Virus record (IMG/VR): IMGVR_UViG_3300031760_000035
Location: 10,959 to 74,958 of that record
Strand: one strand, 5' to 3'
Length of the DNA stretch: 64,000 bases
Source: a virus
Taxonomy: Duplodnaviria > Caudoviricetes
Part shown: positions 61,074 through 64,000 of the stretch, in pieces
Layout of the letters: every line of letters starts with the position of its first letter
Position numbering within the stretch: the stretch's first letter is position 1
Notes under the pieces: generated by a model
Seen by the model: only the letters and a program-made list of their open reading frames with translations
Databases searched by the model: none
What the model was told of the DNA's origin: nothing
Made by a program: the position numbers and the translations under genes

Positions 61074-62804
61074 CTACTCGTGCCAGCCCACGGTCATCTT
61101 GTAGTCGGCCTCGTGGCGTTGGAGTTCTATGTATGCGTCGAGCAGAGCCATGTACCCATCGATGCGCGTTGACGCTCCGGCCTTCTTCACCGGCTGCACG
61201 TTCTCGTTTATGTCGATCTTCGCCGCGAGGTTGAGGTTGCACCACTCGTCAATGGGGTTGTGGTTGTTCACGATGCGATGGTCGCGGAGGTCCGCCTTGA
61301 GCTGCTTCATGGGCTGCGAGAGCGTCTGTACGCCCTGACGCACGACCTCGACGTTCTCCTCCCCCACGAGCGACTTCATCTCGCGCAGCGTCGAATCGTC
61401 CATGTGCCAAGGGTCATAGCCGACGTAGCGCGTGTACATGCCCTCGTCCGCAAGATCCTGAATCCACTCGATGAAGACCTTCTTATCGACCTTGTTGCCG
61501 GGAACGACGCGGATGAGTCCGCGAGCCGCCCACTCCTGATACGGAACGCCGTCCCTGCCGCGCTGGCTGTTGGAGTTAACCTTGACCTGCTCCTCGGCTA
61601 TCCAGTACATAGAGCGGCGGTAGATGCGGCTGTCACCGGGCTTCATGAACAGTGCCGTCGCGGCGTTGAGGTCGATGGTGTCTGCCGCATCTATGCCCAC
61701 CACGCAGTAGCGGAACACGTTGGGGTCGAAGTCGAAAAGCTCCTCGTTGACGGCTTCCTCGAAGGAAAGGTACGCGCTGGCTTGGTTGGCGGGAAGGTTG
61801 AAGTCCTTGGTCAGGACGGTCGGGAGATAGCTCGGGTCGTTCTTGGCCTTGATGACCTGCGCACGCAGGTACTCGATCTTCTTGACCGTGCCAAGGCCGG
61901 GGTTGCTCTTGAACCACATGGCCTCGTCCCAAATCTCAGAGCGGTCATCCTGCTCGAAGAGGATGCCGAGGAACCTGTCATCCTCGATCTTCCCCTCAAG
62001 CCACTGGACCGCGTAGTTGCGCTCGTGATCCCAGAGGTTGTCGCGCACGAAGCCCTGTGTGGTAATGGCAATCATAAGCGGCTGCTCGCGCGCGCCCGTG
62101 CCCTGACGGATCAGGTCGAACACCGCGCGGTCCTCTGCCGCAGCCATCTCGTCAAAGACGCACATGTGAACGTCAAGGCCGTCGAGGTGGTCTGACTGCT
62201 TCGACAGCGGGACGATGTAGCCCATGTTGCCGTCACAGATGATACCGTTCTCCGCGCGCTCTATGACCGTTCCCTTGCGCAGAATCTTGAGCAGCTTCGG
62301 TGACTGTCGCACCATGCGCCACACCGCACCATAGGCAAGCGAAGCCTGCCCCTTGGAGGTCGCGGCGTTGTATATCTGCGGGGCACCCTCGTTGTCAGCA
62401 ACGAGCATGTAAATCTCGATTGCGGCAGACAGGCTGGTTTTCCCTAGCTTACGAGAGATTTCTACGAGCGCGTACTGGTACTGACGCTTCTCGTTCTCGT
62501 CAACGAAGCCGAAGATAAGCTCGACAATCATGCGCTCGTAGGGTTCGAGGATGAACGGCACGCCGAGCTTGCCAGACGGGATTTTCAGGAACCGCTCGAT
62601 GAACTCGACTGGCCGCGTGGCGAGGTCAACGTCATAGCGCCAGTGCTTGTAGCCGTTGCGGATGCGCGGAAGCATCTTCTCGGCAAGGGCCTTGATGCGA
62701 CGGCCAGCGACGATGGAGCCGTCAAGGCATCCCATGAGGTACAGTTCGGCGTCGGTCCTCCCCTGCCCATCGACGTAGGGGTTATCGGCGTATGAAGCTG
62801 CCAA
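61074..62804 (-). CDS. terL: Terminase large subunit
   Basis: ISRKLGKT Walker A, VFDE Walker B, GIDAA nuclease, IDGYMALLDA. Confidence 0.96.
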   Translation of the reverse strand: MAASYADNPYVDGQGRTDAELYLMGCLDGSIVAGRRIKALAEKMLPRIRNGYKHWRYDVDLATRPVEFIERFLKIPSGKLGVPFILEPYERMIVELIFGFVDENEKRQYQYALVEISRKLGKTSLSAAIEIYMLVADNEGAPQIYNAATSKGQASLAYGAVWRMVRQSPKLLKILRKGTVIERAENGIICDGNMGYIVPLSKQSDHLDGLDVHMCVFDEMAAAEDRAVFDLIRQGTGAREQPLMIAITTQGFVRDNLWDHERNYAVQWLEGKIEDDRFLGILFEQDDRSEIWDEAMWFKSNPGLGTVKKIEYLRAQVIKAKNDPSYLPTVLTKDFNLPANQASAYLSFEEAVNEELFDFDPNVFRYCVVGIDAADTIDLNAATALFMKPGDSRIYRRSMYWIAEEQVKVNSNSQRGRDGVPYQEWAARGLIRVVPGNKVDKKVFIEWIQDLADEGMYTRYVGYDPWHMDDSTLREMKSLVGEENVEVVRQGVQTLSQPMKQLKADLRDHRIVNNHNPIDEWCNLNLAAKIDINENVQPVKKAGASTRIDGYMALLDAYIELQRHEADYKMTVGWHE

Positions 62805-63144
62805 GCTCGTCCTCCTCCTCGGTCACGTCGCTGCGCTTGGCGAAGTCGGACACCTTCTTGGCAAGGTCGCCCATGCGACCGATGGCCTTCTGGTACGTGG
62901 TGAACTCGGGGTTCTCAACAGTCTCGTCGTGCCGGTTGTTGACCGAGCCGACTTCCTTGACGATCATCACGCCATGGTCCTCGACCTTGTGGCGCAGCTC
63001 CTCGGTCATTGCGGCGAGGGCGTCGTACTCGATAAGCAGGTCCTCAAGCAGGGCCTTGTCGAAGCCGCTGAGGTTGTCGGCCTCCTTCTTCAACCGCTCA
63101 AGGCGCTTGCTCGGCTTCTTGTCAACGAGCTTCATCCTAGCCAT
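62782..63144 (-). CDS. terS: Terminase small subunit (P27-like)
   Basis: LRHKVEDHGV..ENPEFTTYQK; directly upstream of terL. Confidence 0.8.
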   Translation of the reverse strand: MARMKLVDKKPSKRLERLKKEADNLSGFDKALLEDLLIEYDALAAMTEELRHKVEDHGVMIVKEVGSVNNRHDETVENPEFTTYQKAIGRMGDLAKKVSDFAKRSDVTEEEDELGSFIRR

Positions 63145-63407
63145 CCAGGTCCCCCTCGTCGTAGTATCGGGTCACGCGCTGGTAGTCATCGCAGCAGCCG
63201 CTCTCGTCAACCAGCTCGTCGTAGAGGGCGCAGTAGGTGCTGCCGTCAGCAAGCACCTCGCAGAAGTCGCAGTCGGGGCAGGTGTCCAACGCTACTCATC
63301 CCCCTCGTCGCAGCCCTCGCCATAGGTTCCACGGTCGCAGACGAACTCGCCTGAGTCCTCGTCATACGTCGCGTGGTCGCACCACTCGCACTTGGAACCG
63401 TCCATGC

Positions 63408-63758
63408 CTATCCCCCAATCACGTTGCCGTTGGCGTCGAAGCGTGCGCGAGTCTTTCCCACGCCCTTGTGGACCTTCGCGTGGCAGTCCTGGCACAGGCG
63501 CTTGAAGTTGTCGAACGAGAGGGTGATGTTCGGGTCGTTGATGTTCCTCGGCGAAAGGTGGATCACGTGATGGACAACCTTCGCGGGAACAATCTCGCCC
63601 TGCTCGTAGCACATCTCGCACATGCCGGGCGGCACTATGCCGAACGGGGTATCGACGGGCATCTCCATGTAGAGCCGCCTGTTGCGCTTCCATGCCGGAC
63701 TTGCGTAGAAGGACTTCGCGAAATCGCGCGCCAAAAGGATTTCCTTTCTTTTTGCCAC
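63408..63758 (-). CDS. Packaging-associated HNH endonuclease
   Basis: FYASPAW..CEMC..VVHHVI..NFKRLCQDCHAKVH. Confidence 0.88.
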   Translation of the reverse strand: MAKRKEILLARDFAKSFYASPAWKRNRRLYMEMPVDTPFGIVPPGMCEMCYEQGEIVPAKVVHHVIHLSPRNINDPNITLSFDNFKRLCQDCHAKVHKGVGKTRARFDANGNVIGG

Positions 63759-63801
63759 AACATATTGTGGTTAGCTTTTCACTTTATACCATATCTTGTG
63801 T
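63755..63801. promoter_or_regulatory. Paired operator-like palindromes and extended -10 (TGgTATAAA) at the start of the late operon
   Basis: CCACAACATATTGTGG at 63755-63770; TACCATATCTTGTG at 63787-63800. Confidence 0.6.
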
Positions 63802-64000
63802 TTTCATTTCAGGTTTTGTGCGAAGTGACCCAAGATAATGGGTCGGTTTCAGAACCTCGGCACATGTGTCACGGAGGGCATGAGGTGACGGGCTGTGGAT
63901 CGCGCGTGCTGGGTAGGTCTTGGCCCTGACGTGTGGTGCCGTGAGGTAAGATGGTCGAAAAAAGGCCGATTTTGAAATTCGCCGCGCGTCTAATGATGTG

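Noticed and set aside
1-64000. Genome-wide UGA recoding
   Set aside because: Many genes end in TGA with ATGA overlaps and core genes are uninterrupted; only two in-frame TGAs were noticed

Overview
Near-complete genome (about 64 kb) of a temperate, GC-rich long-tailed dsDNA phage with HK97-type head genes. The host is probably an Actinomycetota/Coriobacteriia-like bacterium, which is an inference only. Almost all genes are on the minus strand; only the repressor and tyrosine integrase are on the plus strand. The integrase is followed by attP-like sequence and then more phage genes, so this looks like the non-integrated form. Reading the minus strand from right to left: HNH/terminase/portal/protease/capsid/neck/tail/tape measure/fibre (63758-41661), lysis genes with an inserted NUMOD4-HNH (41438-39281), an accessory block, two tRNAs, attP-int-cI/cro switch, recombination and replication genes, then a long accessory region. 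That region holds four DNA methyltransferases (one with an intein), Lar-like and Zn-finger cassettes, a TnpB element, thyX, dut and a late regulator. Best candidate system: a RAMP/Cas7-like gene (26849-27538) followed directly by a 511-nt array of 95 GGY-NN pentamers in 9 units, a hairpin and a conserved accessory gene, resembling a VIPR-type non-contiguous RNA-guide system. Second candidate: every long poly-G tract seen in the genome lies inside a methyltransferase gene, and several shift the frame, which suggests phase-variable phage methylation.
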